A stretch of DNA of 64,000 nucleotides, taken from contig OZ251539.1 of NCBI GenBank assembly GCA_965243135.1, positions 5,056,001 through 5,120,000 of the forward strand, written 5' to 3'. The DNA is from Alphaproteobacteria bacterium. GTDB lineage: Bacteria; Pseudomonadota; Alphaproteobacteria; MPNO01; UBA830. Position numbers and translations under genes: made by a program. The notes under the pieces are model-generated. The model had not been told where the DNA came from, made no database searches, and saw nothing but the letters and a program-made list of their open reading frames with translations. Below, in pieces: positions 51,420 through 61,552 of the stretch (the stretch's first letter is position 1; every line of letters starts with the position of its first letter).

Positions 51420-52658
51420 TTACGGAACGCGCTCCAGCGCGCGCGTCATCTCGTCGCGGCGCCGGGAAGCCCAGAACCACAGCCCGAGGCAGACGAGCGC
51501 GCCGGCGATGACCGGAGCCTGAAACCCGACCGCTTCCGCGAGCGAGCCCATCGCCAGCGCGCCGAGGGCGGGCGCGCCGCGACCCACCATGCCGTAGAAA
51601 CTCATCACCCGGCCGCGCATCGCGGGATCGACGGCGTTCTGCATGAGGGTCTGCTCGCCGACGCCGACGACGATCACGGAAAAACCCGTGACGACGAGGC
51701 AGACGAGGGCGAGACCGAAGAAATCGGTCGCCGCGAAACCGATCAGCGACAGCGACAGCGCGAGGATGCCGACCGCGACCCGGGCGGTCAGGCCCCGCAC
51801 CTCTCCGCGTTGGGCGAGCCAGAAGGCGCCCAGCATGGCCCCGACTCCGGTCATCGACACGAGCAGCGAGTAGCCTTGGGCGCCGCGGTCGAACACTTCG
51901 TCGGCGAATCCCGCGAGAAGCTCCATGTACGGCCGCCCGCACGCGGAAACGACGGCGAGCACGACGAGCATCGGGGCGATTCCGGGGTGCCGCGCGGCGT
52001 AACGGAATCCGTCCGCGATTTCGCGGGGAATTTCGCGGAGCCTCGTCCTCTCCTTGCCGCTGCGCGGATCGGAAATCCGGAGAAGGAAGAGCGAGCCGAT
52101 GAACCACAAATAGCTTGCGGCGTTGAAGGCGAAGGCGAAGGCGACGCCGTAGAATCCGATCAGGACGCCGCCGATCATGGGGCCGGTCGCGCGCGCCGAA
52201 TTGAAGATCATGGCGTTGATGCCGATCGCGGCCGAAAGGTTCCGGCGCTGGATGAGATGCGGCACGAGCGCGAGCCGGGCGGGCTGGTTGAAGGAAATGA
52301 CGACGCCGTGCGCCAGCACCAGGGCGACGAGAAGTTCCGGCGTCATGACGCCGGCGAGCGTAAGGCCGGCGAGCAGAGCCGACTGCAGGGCGGCGAGCGC
52401 CTGGGTGACCTTCATCATCGCGAGCAGGTTCAGGCGGTCCGCCAGCGCGCCCGCGAACGGACCGATGAAGACGACGGGCAACAGGTCCGCGGCGCTGGTC
52501 AGGCCGAGCCAGAAACCGGAATGGGTCAATTCCCACGCGAACCACAGCACGGCGGCGCGCTGCGCCCAGGTGCCGTTGTGAGAAAGGAGGTTGCCGATGG
52601 AAAACGTCCGGTAATCGCGGTCGGAAAGCGCCGCCGAAAGTGCGGATAGACCCGGCAT
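51420..52658 (-). CDS. MFS transporter (MFS_3-like)
   Basis: GALADR, FNSARATGP, MRGRVMS. Confidence 0.85.
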   Translation of the reverse strand: MPGLSALSAALSDRDYRTFSIGNLLSHNGTWAQRAAVLWFAWELTHSGFWLGLTSAADLLPVVFIGPFAGALADRLNLLAMMKVTQALAALQSALLAGLTLAGVMTPELLVALVLAHGVVISFNQPARLALVPHLIQRRNLSAAIGINAMIFNSARATGPMIGGVLIGFYGVAFAFAFNAASYLWFIGSLFLLRISDPRSGKERTRLREIPREIADGFRYAARHPGIAPMLVVLAVVSACGRPYMELLAGFADEVFDRGAQGYSLLVSMTGVGAMLGAFWLAQRGEVRGLTARVAVGILALSLSLIGFAATDFFGLALVCLVVTGFSVIVVGVGEQTLMQNAVDPAMRGRVMSFYGMVGRGAPALGALAMGSLAEAVGFQAPVIAGALVCLGLWFWASRRRDEMTRALERVP

Positions 52659-52783
52659 GACCGTCGGTTTGTAGCGCAGTTCGCCCGTCGCCGCATGCGC
52701 GCTCGCCGGAAACGTCGCGCTTGCCGGAAACGTCGCGAGTTGCTAGCCTTCTCGCCCATGTCGGCCGAAGACGGAGCAGGACG

Positions 52784-54115
52784 ATGCCGGATAGCGGATC
52801 TCTGACCGAGCGCAGCGTCAACACGCTCGAACCCTTCTGGATGCCTTTCACGAGCAATCGGCAGTTCAAGGCCGCGCCCCGCATGATCGTCTCGGCCAAG
52901 GACATGCATTACGTCACGGCCGATGGACGCAGGATCCTCGACGGTTCGGCGGGGCTGTGGTGCGTGAACGCGGGCCATTGCCGGGACAAGATCGTCGAGG
53001 CCGTTCGAACCCAGGTCGGCCGGATGGATTACGCGCCGCCGTTCCAGTCGGGCCATCCCGGCGCGTTCGAGCTCGCCTCGCGGCTCGTCAACATGTTCCC
53101 CGGCGATCTCGACTACGTCTTCTACGGCAACTCCGGTTCGGAAGCCGTCGACACCGCGCTCAAGATCGCGCTCGCGTGGCATCGCGCGCGCGGCGAAGCG
53201 CACCGCACCCGTCTGATCGGCCGCGAACGCGGCTACCATGGAGTCGGATTCGGCGGGATTTCCGTCGGCGGCATGTCCAACAACCGCAAGCAGTTCGGCG
53301 CCATGCTGCCCGGCGTCGACCATCTCCCGCATACCTACGATCGAGAGAAGACCGCGTTCAGCCGCGGACAGCCGGAATGGGGCGCGGAACGCGCCGACGC
53401 GCTGGAGGACCTCGTGTCGCTCCACGACCCTTCGACCATCGCGGCCGTCATCGTGGAACCGGTTGCGGGTTCCACCGGCGTGCTCGTACCGCCGAAGGGA
53501 TACCTGGAAAGGCTCAGGGCGATATGCGACCGCCACGGCATCCTGCTCATCTTCGACGAGGTAATCACGGGTTTCGGAAGGCTGGGCGAGAATTTCGCCG
53601 CGGACTATTTCGGAATCGTCCCGGACATGATGACCATGGCCAAGGGAATGACGAACGGAACCGTGCCCATGTCGGCGGTCGCCGCCCGCAAGGGCGTGTA
53701 CGAGGCTTTCATGCAGGGGCCGCCGGAAGCGATAGAGCTGTTTCACGGATACACCTATTCGGCGCACCCGGTCGCCTGCGCGGCGGCGCTCGCGACGATC
53801 GAGGTCTACGCGGAAGAAGGCCTGATCCAGCGGGCCCGGTCTCTCGCCGGGAAATGGGAAGACGCGCTGCACTCGCTCGGCAGCCTCGCCAACGTGGTCG
53901 ACGTGCGCAACATCGGCCTCATGGGCGCGGTTGAAATCGCGCCCCGGGACGGGGCACCGCGCACCTTCGACATCTTCCTGAAATGCTTCGAAAAAGGCAT
54001 GCACGTCCGGCAGACCGGCGACGTGATCGCCATGTCGCCGCCGCTGATCGTCACCGAAAGCCAGATAGACGAAATGGTGAACGTTCTTGGAGAAGCGATC
54101 CAGGAAACCGATTGA
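52784..54115 (+). CDS. Class III aminotransferase (omega-amino acid:pyruvate type)
   Basis: FWMPFT.NRQFK, GYHGVGFGG, FDEVITGFGR, AKG, HGYTYSAHP. Confidence 0.9.
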   Translation: MPDSGSLTERSVNTLEPFWMPFTSNRQFKAAPRMIVSAKDMHYVTADGRRILDGSAGLWCVNAGHCRDKIVEAVRTQVGRMDYAPPFQSGHPGAFELASRLVNMFPGDLDYVFYGNSGSEAVDTALKIALAWHRARGEAHRTRLIGRERGYHGVGFGGISVGGMSNNRKQFGAMLPGVDHLPHTYDREKTAFSRGQPEWGAERADALEDLVSLHDPSTIAAVIVEPVAGSTGVLVPPKGYLERLRAICDRHGILLIFDEVITGFGRLGENFAADYFGIVPDMMTMAKGMTNGTVPMSAVAARKGVYEAFMQGPPEAIELFHGYTYSAHPVACAAALATIEVYAEEGLIQRARSLAGKWEDALHSLGSLANVVDVRNIGLMGAVEIAPRDGAPRTFDIFLKCFEKGMHVRQTGDVIAMSPPLIVTESQIDEMVNVLGEAIQETD

Positions 54116-54139
54116 CGACATCCCGCTTGGAGATCGACC

Positions 54140-54967
54140 ATGAAAATTCTCATCGTTCTCGCGGCCGGCGCGCTGGCGGTCGGCTGCGCCGGCCCGCAAC
54201 TCCCGGCGGCGGAAAAAGCCGTTCCGAAGGGCGACGCGTTTTCCAAGGCGCTCCACGCCGAATACGTCGGCCTCTCGCGGAGCGAATACGCCGAAGGCGA
54301 CTATGCCGATTCCGACCTCTTCGCGAACCGCGCCATCGCGGCCGCCGGCGGCGCGCACGCGCAGCCGGAACCCGTTTCCTCCCGGAAGCAGGGCGAGAAG
54401 GAAGCGGCGGCGCTCGAGGCCGCGCGGAAGCGCCTCGTCGCGGCTCTTGCCGGAGACGCGCCGAAACGCCGACCTGCCGACTCGGCCCGGGCGCAGGCCA
54501 GCTACGAATGCTGGGCTCAGGAGCAGGAGGAGAATTTCCAGCCCGGCGACATCGACGCCTGCCGCATCCGTTTCTTCGCCGCGCTTGCCGCGATGGAGCA
54601 GAAACCCCCGCCTCCCCCCAAGCCGAAACCCCCGCCCCTGACTTTTCTGGTCTATTTCGACGTCGGAAAGTCCGGCATCGACGCCGCGGCGAAATCGGTC
54701 ATGGAAACCGCCGCCGGAGTTGTCGCCGACACCAAGCCGTCCGTCGTGTCCGTGGTCGGCCACGCCGATCGGGCAGGCGGCGAGGGATACAACATGGATC
54801 TGTCGGAGAGGCGCGCGAACATGGTGGCGAACGCGCTCGCGAAGGCCGGCGTCGCGGGCGGGCTGTTGTCGATCAGCGCGTTGGGCGAACACGCGCCGGC
54901 CGTGCCGACGGCGGACGGCGTCGCCGAATCCGGCAACCGCCGGGTGGAAATCGGGCTGCGCTATTAG
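54140..54967 (+). CDS. OmpA family lipoprotein
   Basis: Lipobox AVGC; GHAD...YN..LSERRA, NRRVEI. Confidence 0.88.
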   Translation: MKILIVLAAGALAVGCAGPQLPAAEKAVPKGDAFSKALHAEYVGLSRSEYAEGDYADSDLFANRAIAAAGGAHAQPEPVSSRKQGEKEAAALEAARKRLVAALAGDAPKRRPADSARAQASYECWAQEQEENFQPGDIDACRIRFFAALAAMEQKPPPPPKPKPPPLTFLVYFDVGKSGIDAAAKSVMETAAGVVADTKPSVVSVVGHADRAGGEGYNMDLSERRANMVANALAKAGVAGGLLSISALGEHAPAVPTADGVAESGNRRVEIGLRY

Positions 54968-55002
54968 GCGGGTGCCGCCGCGCCGCCCCTCGGAGCCGGG
55001 CC

Positions 55003-55836
55003 TTGCCGAAGAAGCTGAGCGCGAAAGATCTTCTGCGCGCGGAGCGCGACGGGTGCGTGTTCCCCGTCCGCGTCCTGTCGGCGGAACGGGCCGCCGCCTG
55101 CCGCGCGGTCTATGAAGACGTGGAGGCGCGCCAGGGCAGGGACGTCCCCGAAACCCTGTCCGTCAAGCCGCACGTCCTTTTTCGCTGGCTTTTCGAGCTC
55201 GGGACCACGCCGGCGCTGCTCGACGCGATCGAGGATCTGATCGGCCCCGACATCCTGATGACCACCTCGGCGATCTGGGCCAAGCGCGCGCGGGATCCGC
55301 GCTTCGTCACCTGGCATCAGGATTCCGCGTATTTCGGCTACGATCCGGTGGACGTGTGGAGCGCCTGGATCGCGCTCACTGACAGCAGGGCGGACAACGG
55401 CTGCCTGCGCTACCTGCCGGGATCGCACCGGAATCCCGAGATGGCGCACGAAGAAACCTGGGACAGGATGAACATGCTGTCCCGCGGCCAGCGCATCGTC
55501 GACGAATTCGACGAGTCGCGCGCCGTCGACGCGGAGCTCGATCCCGGGGAATGCGCGCTGCACCATTTCCGGCTGGCGCATTCGTCGGAACCCAACCCGT
55601 CCGACCGGCGGCGCATCGGCATCCTGTTCGTGTTCTGCCCGCCCCGCGTGCGGCCGACGCTCGATCTCGACGCCGCCTTGCTGGTGCGCGGCGAGGATCG
55701 GTACGGCCACTGGAGGCCGGACCCGCTTCCGGAGCGCGATCTCGACCCCGCCTGCCTCGACTATTACAACGCCTTTTTGGCCAGCTACGCCGATCCGGAA
55801 ACGCGCTCCGAGGTCGAACGCAAGACGGCCGGCTGA
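55003..55836 (+). CDS. Phytanoyl-CoA dioxygenase (PhyH) family
   Basis: WHQD, NGCL..LPGSH, HSSEPN...RR; TTG start inferred. Confidence 0.85.
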   Translation: MPKKLSAKDLLRAERDGCVFPVRVLSAERAAACRAVYEDVEARQGRDVPETLSVKPHVLFRWLFELGTTPALLDAIEDLIGPDILMTTSAIWAKRARDPRFVTWHQDSAYFGYDPVDVWSAWIALTDSRADNGCLRYLPGSHRNPEMAHEETWDRMNMLSRGQRIVDEFDESRAVDAELDPGECALHHFRLAHSSEPNPSDRRRIGILFVFCPPRVRPTLDLDAALLVRGEDRYGHWRPDPLPERDLDPACLDYYNAFLASYADPETRSEVERKTAG

Positions 55837-57243
55837 ATGGCGGATCTCCGCTCCTATCTGAAGGAAATCGACAACGCGATTTTCCGGCCCGCCGAACCGC
55901 TCTCGGTCGTCGAGGAGATCACCGCCCTGCAGCACGTGATGGCGGCCCGGAACGTCGACCCGGCCATTTTCGTCCGCCGTCCCCGCATGCCCGGAGGGGA
56001 GATCGGCGAAATCCCGGTGCTGACCAATCTCTTCGCCAGCCGGGAGATGGCGGCGAGGGCGCTCGGCATCGAAGACCATCGCCAGGCCGCGAAAATCCTG
56101 TCGAGGACGGCGTCGAAGTCCGTCGCGCCGGTCGCGGTCGCGCCTGACGGCGCTCCGGTGCGGGAAATCGTCGACCGGAATCCGGACCTCGCGAGTCTGC
56201 CCGCGCTTCGCCAGCATGCCGGCGACGCCGGTCGCTACGTCACCTGCGGGCACGTGGTGACCTTCGATCCCGACAGCGGCATCGACAACATGGGCATCCA
56301 GCGGCTGTGGATACGCGGGCCGCGGCTGATGGGCTGCTACATGCTGGAAACCTCCCACAACGCGATCAATCTCAGAAAGTTCTGGGCGCGGGGCGAACCC
56401 TGCCCGGTCGCCGTGTGGATCGGCCATCACCCGGCCGTCGAAATGGGAGCTCAGGCCAAGCTCGGTTATCCCGAGAGCCACTGGAAGGCGGCCGGCGGAG
56501 CGGCGGGCGAGCCGTTGCGCCTCGTTCCCACCGTGACCCACGGCGAGCGCATCATGGTGCCGGCGGACGCGGAAATCGTCATCGAAGGCTTCCTGCCCGC
56601 GGGACGCATCGAAGCGGAGGGGCCGTTCGCGGAGTTCACCGGGTATCAGGGACCGCAGATCCCGAATCCGGTGATCGAGGTCGCCTGCGTCACGCGCCGC
56701 GCCGACGCCATCTATCACGATTGCGGGTCCGGTCTCGCCGACCATCTGGTGCCGGACAACCTCGCGATGGAAGGTTATCTGTATTCCCTCGCGCGCACCG
56801 TCGCTCCGTCGCTGATCAACGTGCACGTGCCGGTATCGGGCCGGCGTTTCCACGCTTATCTTCAATTCGATTCGCCGAGGCCGGGAGAAGCGCGCGACGC
56901 GATGATGGCCGCGATCGCGTTCCGCCGCCTGAAGGCGGTATTCGCCTTCGACGAGGACATCGATCCGTTCGACGACCGTCAGGTGATGTGGGCGATCGCG
57001 ACGCGGGTGCAGTGGCATCGGGACTTCATGCGCCTCGACGGGCTGACGCTGGCGCCGCTCGATCCGTCCGCGCCGGCCGCGGGCGCGACGATCGCCAAGG
57101 CGGCGATCGACGCGACTCTTCCTCCGGCCGCCGGACCGGGGCTGCCCAAGCCGGTTCCGCCCCGCAATCGCGTCTCCGACGAGGCGCTGGCGACGGCCGC
57201 CGCCGCGCTCGACGGAATCGACGCGACGGAGTGGCCGCGATGA
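55837..57243 (+). CDS. UbiD family (de)carboxylase
   Basis: N.GIQR, AEIVIEG, EGPFAEFTGY, DEDID...VMWAIATR. Confidence 0.88.
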   Translation: MADLRSYLKEIDNAIFRPAEPLSVVEEITALQHVMAARNVDPAIFVRRPRMPGGEIGEIPVLTNLFASREMAARALGIEDHRQAAKILSRTASKSVAPVAVAPDGAPVREIVDRNPDLASLPALRQHAGDAGRYVTCGHVVTFDPDSGIDNMGIQRLWIRGPRLMGCYMLETSHNAINLRKFWARGEPCPVAVWIGHHPAVEMGAQAKLGYPESHWKAAGGAAGEPLRLVPTVTHGERIMVPADAEIVIEGFLPAGRIEAEGPFAEFTGYQGPQIPNPVIEVACVTRRADAIYHDCGSGLADHLVPDNLAMEGYLYSLARTVAPSLINVHVPVSGRRFHAYLQFDSPRPGEARDAMMAAIAFRRLKAVFAFDEDIDPFDDRQVMWAIATRVQWHRDFMRLDGLTLAPLDPSAPAAGATIAKAAIDATLPPAAGPGLPKPVPPRNRVSDEALATAAAALDGIDATEWPR

Positions 57244-57434
57244 CTTTCGAAAAAACCGGATCCGCCGTATGGACGCAGTGTCCCGCCTGCGGCCACTGGT
57301 TCCACGTTTCGCCCGCGCTGCTGCGCATGGAAACGGTCGACCTGATTTGTCCAGGCTGCGGCGGCGCGTTCCGGCCGGGCGAGGCAAACGCCATCGCCGG
57401 AGATCGCCGCTCCGGAACCGCAGCGGACCGGTAA
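57240..57434 (+). CDS. Small zinc-ribbon protein (64 aa)
   Basis: CPAC...CPGC; ATGA overlap with ubiD stop. Confidence 0.7.
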   Translation: MTFEKTGSAVWTQCPACGHWFHVSPALLRMETVDLICPGCGGAFRPGEANAIAGDRRSGTAADR

Positions 57435-58069
57435 GCTGGACCGGGGCGTCCGTCCGTTGACTCGCCCGATGCGGAGCGGAAAGAAGAATGACCCTAACCG
57501 GACAAACCTGCCCGTTCTTCGACGACAACCTCTATCGGAAAGGCAAAGCGCTGTCCCCGGAACCGCCCGGCGCATGACGTTTCAGAGTGCCAACCGCGGA
57601 GCGTGCAGGTTCTTCAAGCTCCGCTGCTCGGCGGCCGACTTGCGGCGGGTGCAAGGAATGCCGCCGGGATGCCAAGCGTGGTCCGCCCCCTGCCAATGGC
57701 TGCCCGCGCACAGTTGGTCACCTGGATCTGTGACGCCACGACCAGATATCCCTCTTTTGCTCTGGCGATTGATCGACCGGGCGCTTCTTGCGAACCTGCC
57801 GGCCAACGGACAGAGCGAACCACGGGATACCGACTGGCGGAAATTGCCGAAAAGCGGCATAGCGCCACCGCATCCTCGGTCTCTAGGGCAGTAAATACAA
57901 GATATTACGTTCCGATAAAAGTATCATGCAGAAGACAGTGTAGAATAGGCGTAGAATAGGCGTCGTGGCAAGCTCTAATGGTGCGGTAGCAAAACCCAAC
58001 ATAGGCTTTGACATTAGGTGTAAATCGAGATATGTAGAATGGTCGATCACGCCAAAGGGAGAATAATCG

Positions 58070-59050
58070 TTGTCTAGGGTTTTCAAGATTTTCTCAAAAA
58101 CGTTCGCGTTTCTGATCGAAGAAATCGATACCATTTGGTACGTTATTGGATTTATCTCCACAATCATTTGCTTTGGGATTGCTTATACATTACTCACACC
58201 TATCGGTCATGGAGTAGGAGAAGGCCTCAAGCCGCTTCCCGAGGTTACACTGTCTACTGGTATCTATTTTAGCGTTATTACGATTTCCTCGTTAGGTTAC
58301 GGAGACGTCCACCCCGTCGGATATTCAAAAATCCTTGCCAGCATAGAAGTTCTTATGGGTATCACGATTATCGGAATTTTGATTGCCAAAATCACATCGC
58401 GGCGCGTTTCTCATCATGTCACGCGCCTTTTTATTTCCGATTCTAGGAAACGGCTTGAAGATCTTGGAATAAAATTTGATAATTGTCGAAAAATTCTGAA
58501 TTTTCTTTCCTTGGAGTTCGAGAAGAACTTTGTGCAGCCCCCTTGGCCGGATTCGGAGTTTCAACACCGCTCATCCGCCCTTGATCCAAGTAGAAAACAA
58601 GAAATGAAATCGAAATTTCAGACAGCGCTTGATGATTTGCACACGGCTTCCGAAGAGATTTTTGATTATTTTCAAGCTGAAGTTCGTCAAGATAGCAAAT
58701 ACTTCAGGCTTATTCCATCAATTGTATTGGAGCGAACTGGAAAGGATATCGTAGAAGCGCTGTGGGCTCTCGGGCAATTAATATCGGAATTGCCAACGCG
58801 AGCTAGATCTGAGATTCTTGATTTTCGCAACAGACGAAGAATTTCGGAAACCATTGATTTACAAAAGAAAACATACGAGTTGACTAAGCAGTACGTTAAT
58901 GCTAATTCTGGCTTGAGCATCTTTCGAGAAATTATGGATACTTGCGATCATATTCCAAAAGGCTATTTCCAAGTGCCGGAGGAGGAGCAACCTGATCAAT
59001 TGTTGCCTGCTGTCGATGAACCTCAGGAGGTCGCAACTGAAGCCGAGTGA
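58070..59050 (+). CDS. Potassium-channel pore (Ion_trans_2) protein with helical cytoplasmic domain
   Basis: TM-pore-TM with YFSVITISSLGYGD; GGGAGA RBS before TTG; low GC. Confidence 0.8.
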   Translation: MSRVFKIFSKTFAFLIEEIDTIWYVIGFISTIICFGIAYTLLTPIGHGVGEGLKPLPEVTLSTGIYFSVITISSLGYGDVHPVGYSKILASIEVLMGITIIGILIAKITSRRVSHHVTRLFISDSRKRLEDLGIKFDNCRKILNFLSLEFEKNFVQPPWPDSEFQHRSSALDPSRKQEMKSKFQTALDDLHTASEEIFDYFQAEVRQDSKYFRLIPSIVLERTGKDIVEALWALGQLISELPTRARSEILDFRNRRRISETIDLQKKTYELTKQYVNANSGLSIFREIMDTCDHIPKGYFQVPEEEQPDQLLPAVDEPQEVATEAE

Positions 59051-59113
59051 TTTAAGTGTGAACGACCAGCGCTGTGATCTTACGTCACCTCACCGCAACT
59101 TTGGAGATCTAAA

Positions 59114-59464
59114 ATGCAACTGAACTGGATGAAATGTCGACGCGACATTTGGTGCAGATTGAATTTGGTCAATTTGGAGCATCGGCATTTTGAAAATAAA
59201 CAGGGAGTTTACATCATCTGGCACGGTGGCGAAAGATCAAGAGTGGTTTATGTCGGCCAAGGAAACATTAGGGAGCGTTTAGAATATCATCGGGCGAACC
59301 CGGAAATACAAAAATATGAAAATTTGGATCTTTACGTCACCTGGGCATCTGTAATAGAGAAATATCGTGATGGGATCGAAAGGTATTTGACGGACTATTG
59401 GCGGCCTTTGGTCGGCGATAATTTTCCAAATAGCCCTCCAATAGAGGTGAATTCTCCATGGTGA
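59114..59464 (+). CDS. Small GIY-YIG nuclease-like protein
   Basis: GVYII...VYVGQG.IRERL..H...E...P..N pattern; GGAG RBS. Confidence 0.7.
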   Translation: MQLNWMKCRRDIWCRLNLVNLEHRHFENKQGVYIIWHGGERSRVVYVGQGNIRERLEYHRANPEIQKYENLDLYVTWASVIEKYRDGIERYLTDYWRPLVGDNFPNSPPIEVNSPW

Positions 59465-59696
59465 AATTTCTACGCTAACAAAGCCGCCACTCCTTATCAA
59501 ATTTGAGGCCAACGGAAACTGTCTGCAATCCCTGCCGCGAGGGCAGGATGAATCGGCCGGTGATTCAAAATGCAACGGTGTCGGAGACCGTCGCCGCAGG
59601 GAATACGAGCCGGCTGACCCAAGATCGAGTTCATTGCATTCCAATCACGTCGAACGAGAAAGCCGAAAACCTTATCGTGATTAGAGAATCCCGCGA

Positions 59697-60173
59697 ATGA
59701 GCGCTGCGAAAAACCAGGAATACGAACCTAACATCGAGAAGCTCGCGTTCGGAAACTTGCTTTTCGACATCGCGAGAGCCGTGCGGGACATGCCCGGCGA
59801 TCAATACGGGAAATTCGTGAAAGGAGAGCTGCGCCTGACGATTTCCTTCGAGGAGAAAGATCGCCCGTCACGACCCGTCAAACCGGGATGCTCCTCCGCC
59901 GGTGTCGTTCCTGAACGGGAGCTGCAGCGCATTCGAGCAAAGTTGGACCTAGCGCAAAGTCGTGAGGACGGCCATCGAATCGTACTCGATGCTTTTCCCG
60001 AGAGAGAGCGGTTGTTCGCCTTTGCAGGATTTTTGGATCTGCCGGTTCGAAAAGGAGACAAAGCCGAAAATGTCCGCGAGAAAATCGTGGCGTTTACGGT
60101 CGGTCGGCGTCTGTCCGGTGAGGCGATACGCGGCGGCTTTACCGCCAGCTCTGGCCGGTTCGCGCGCGAGTGA
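59697..60173 (+). CDS. Hypothetical protein, possible C-terminal HeH/SAP-like motif
   Basis: Protein-like composition; RLFAFAGFLDLPVRKGDKAENVREKIV helix-loop-helix pattern. Confidence 0.5.
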   Translation: MSAAKNQEYEPNIEKLAFGNLLFDIARAVRDMPGDQYGKFVKGELRLTISFEEKDRPSRPVKPGCSSAGVVPERELQRIRAKLDLAQSREDGHRIVLDAFPERERLFAFAGFLDLPVRKGDKAENVREKIVAFTVGRRLSGEAIRGGFTASSGRFARE

Positions 60174-60531
60174 CGCAGATTTCGCGGGGCCGGGCCGCTT
60201 CGCGTCTTGCGCGGAACGGCGGGATGAAGCGCTTGCGTAGAGCGCATCAACGGCGCAACGGCAGTTCCCGCCTTCGATGCCCTGCCCAGTGCCGGACGGC
60301 CGGGAAACGCTCCATGACCTGCCAACCTAAATCCACCTTTGCAGTGGCGCCCTCGAAACGACAACGAAGGTTCCGGCCGACGGCGGCAGCTCCCGCGTTC
60401 GCCGGCCGCCGCGCCGCATTCCTTCGGCGCGGCGATTCCGGCAACGTCTACGGCCGAAATCCGGCGCGCCTTGCGGAACCTCGCGTCGCATGCTATCCGC
60501 CTGACGAAGGCACGCAGATCGGAGACCGGCC

Positions 60532-61539
60532 GTGAAGCTCGACATCTTCAACCATGTCTTCCCGGTTCCGTTCTTCGAACGGATGCAGGAAGTGCTGACC
60601 GACACCGGCCCGATCAAGCGCTGGTTGAACATCCCCGTGCTTTACGACATCGACGCCCGCATGAGAATGATGGACGAGTTCGGCGAGGATTACCGTCAGG
60701 TGATCAGCCTTTCGGCGCCGACCATCGAGTTCCTTGGAACCCCCGAAGAGACGCCGCTCCTGGCCCGGCTCGCCAACGACGGCATGGCGGACATCTGCCG
60801 CGCGCATCCGGACAGGTTTCCCGCGTTCGTCGCGTCGTTGCCGATGAACAATCCGGACGAGGCGGCGCGCGAAATCGAACGCGCGACCGGCGAGCTGGGC
60901 GCTCGCGCCGTGCAGGTGTTCACCAACGTCAACGGGGAACCGCTCGACCTGCCCAAGTACTATCCGGTGTTCGAAACCGCGGCGCGGCTCGACGTTCCGA
61001 TCTTCCTGCATCCGGCGCGCGGGCCGAACTTTCCCGACTACCTGACCGAGGACAAGTCCGAATTCGAGATCTGGTGGACCTTCGGCTGGACATACGAAAG
61101 CTCGGCCGCCATGGCGCGGCTGGTGTTCTCGCGGTTGTTCGACAAGCTCCCCGGCATCAAGATTCTCACGCACCATCTGGGCGCGATGATCCCTTATGTC
61201 GAGGGGCGGGTCGGCTACGGACAGGATCAGCTCGGTTCGCGCACTCCGGGCGACGCGCTCGTCCGGCTGCGCGAGAGCCTCGAAAAGCGCCCGATCGACT
61301 ATTTCCGGATGTTCTACGCCGACACCGCGACCTTCGGTTCGCTCGGCGCCATGCGATGCGGCATAGACTTCTTCGGACCGGAACGCTGCATGTTCGCGTC
61401 CGACTGCCCCTTCGACCCCGAAGGCGGCCCTCTCTACATCCGGGAAACCATCCGGTGCGTCGACAATGCGGGGCTCGGCGACCGCGCGCTGGCCGGCGTC
61501 TATGCCGACAATGCGCGCAAGTTTCTGAAGCTCGACTGA
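60532..61539 (+). CDS. Amidohydrolase-2 family (ACMSD/LigW-like decarboxylase)
   Basis: DIFNH, FLHP, HHLGAMIP, FASDCPF. Confidence 0.85.
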   Translation: MKLDIFNHVFPVPFFERMQEVLTDTGPIKRWLNIPVLYDIDARMRMMDEFGEDYRQVISLSAPTIEFLGTPEETPLLARLANDGMADICRAHPDRFPAFVASLPMNNPDEAAREIERATGELGARAVQVFTNVNGEPLDLPKYYPVFETAARLDVPIFLHPARGPNFPDYLTEDKSEFEIWWTFGWTYESSAAMARLVFSRLFDKLPGIKILTHHLGAMIPYVEGRVGYGQDQLGSRTPGDALVRLRESLEKRPIDYFRMFYADTATFGSLGAMRCGIDFFGPERCMFASDCPFDPEGGPLYIRETIRCVDNAGLGDRALAGVYADNARKFLKLD

Positions 61540-61552
61540 GGGGCGACGGATC

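Noticed and set aside
52701-52736. 18-nt tandem repeat (gctYgccggaaacgtcgc x2) in a divergent promoter region
   Set aside because: Only two copies and no regulator nearby; cannot be distinguished from a slippage duplication
57457-57959. Overlapping ORFs at the left edge of the channel islet
   Set aside because: No convincing motif, RBS or codon bias; possibly gene debris
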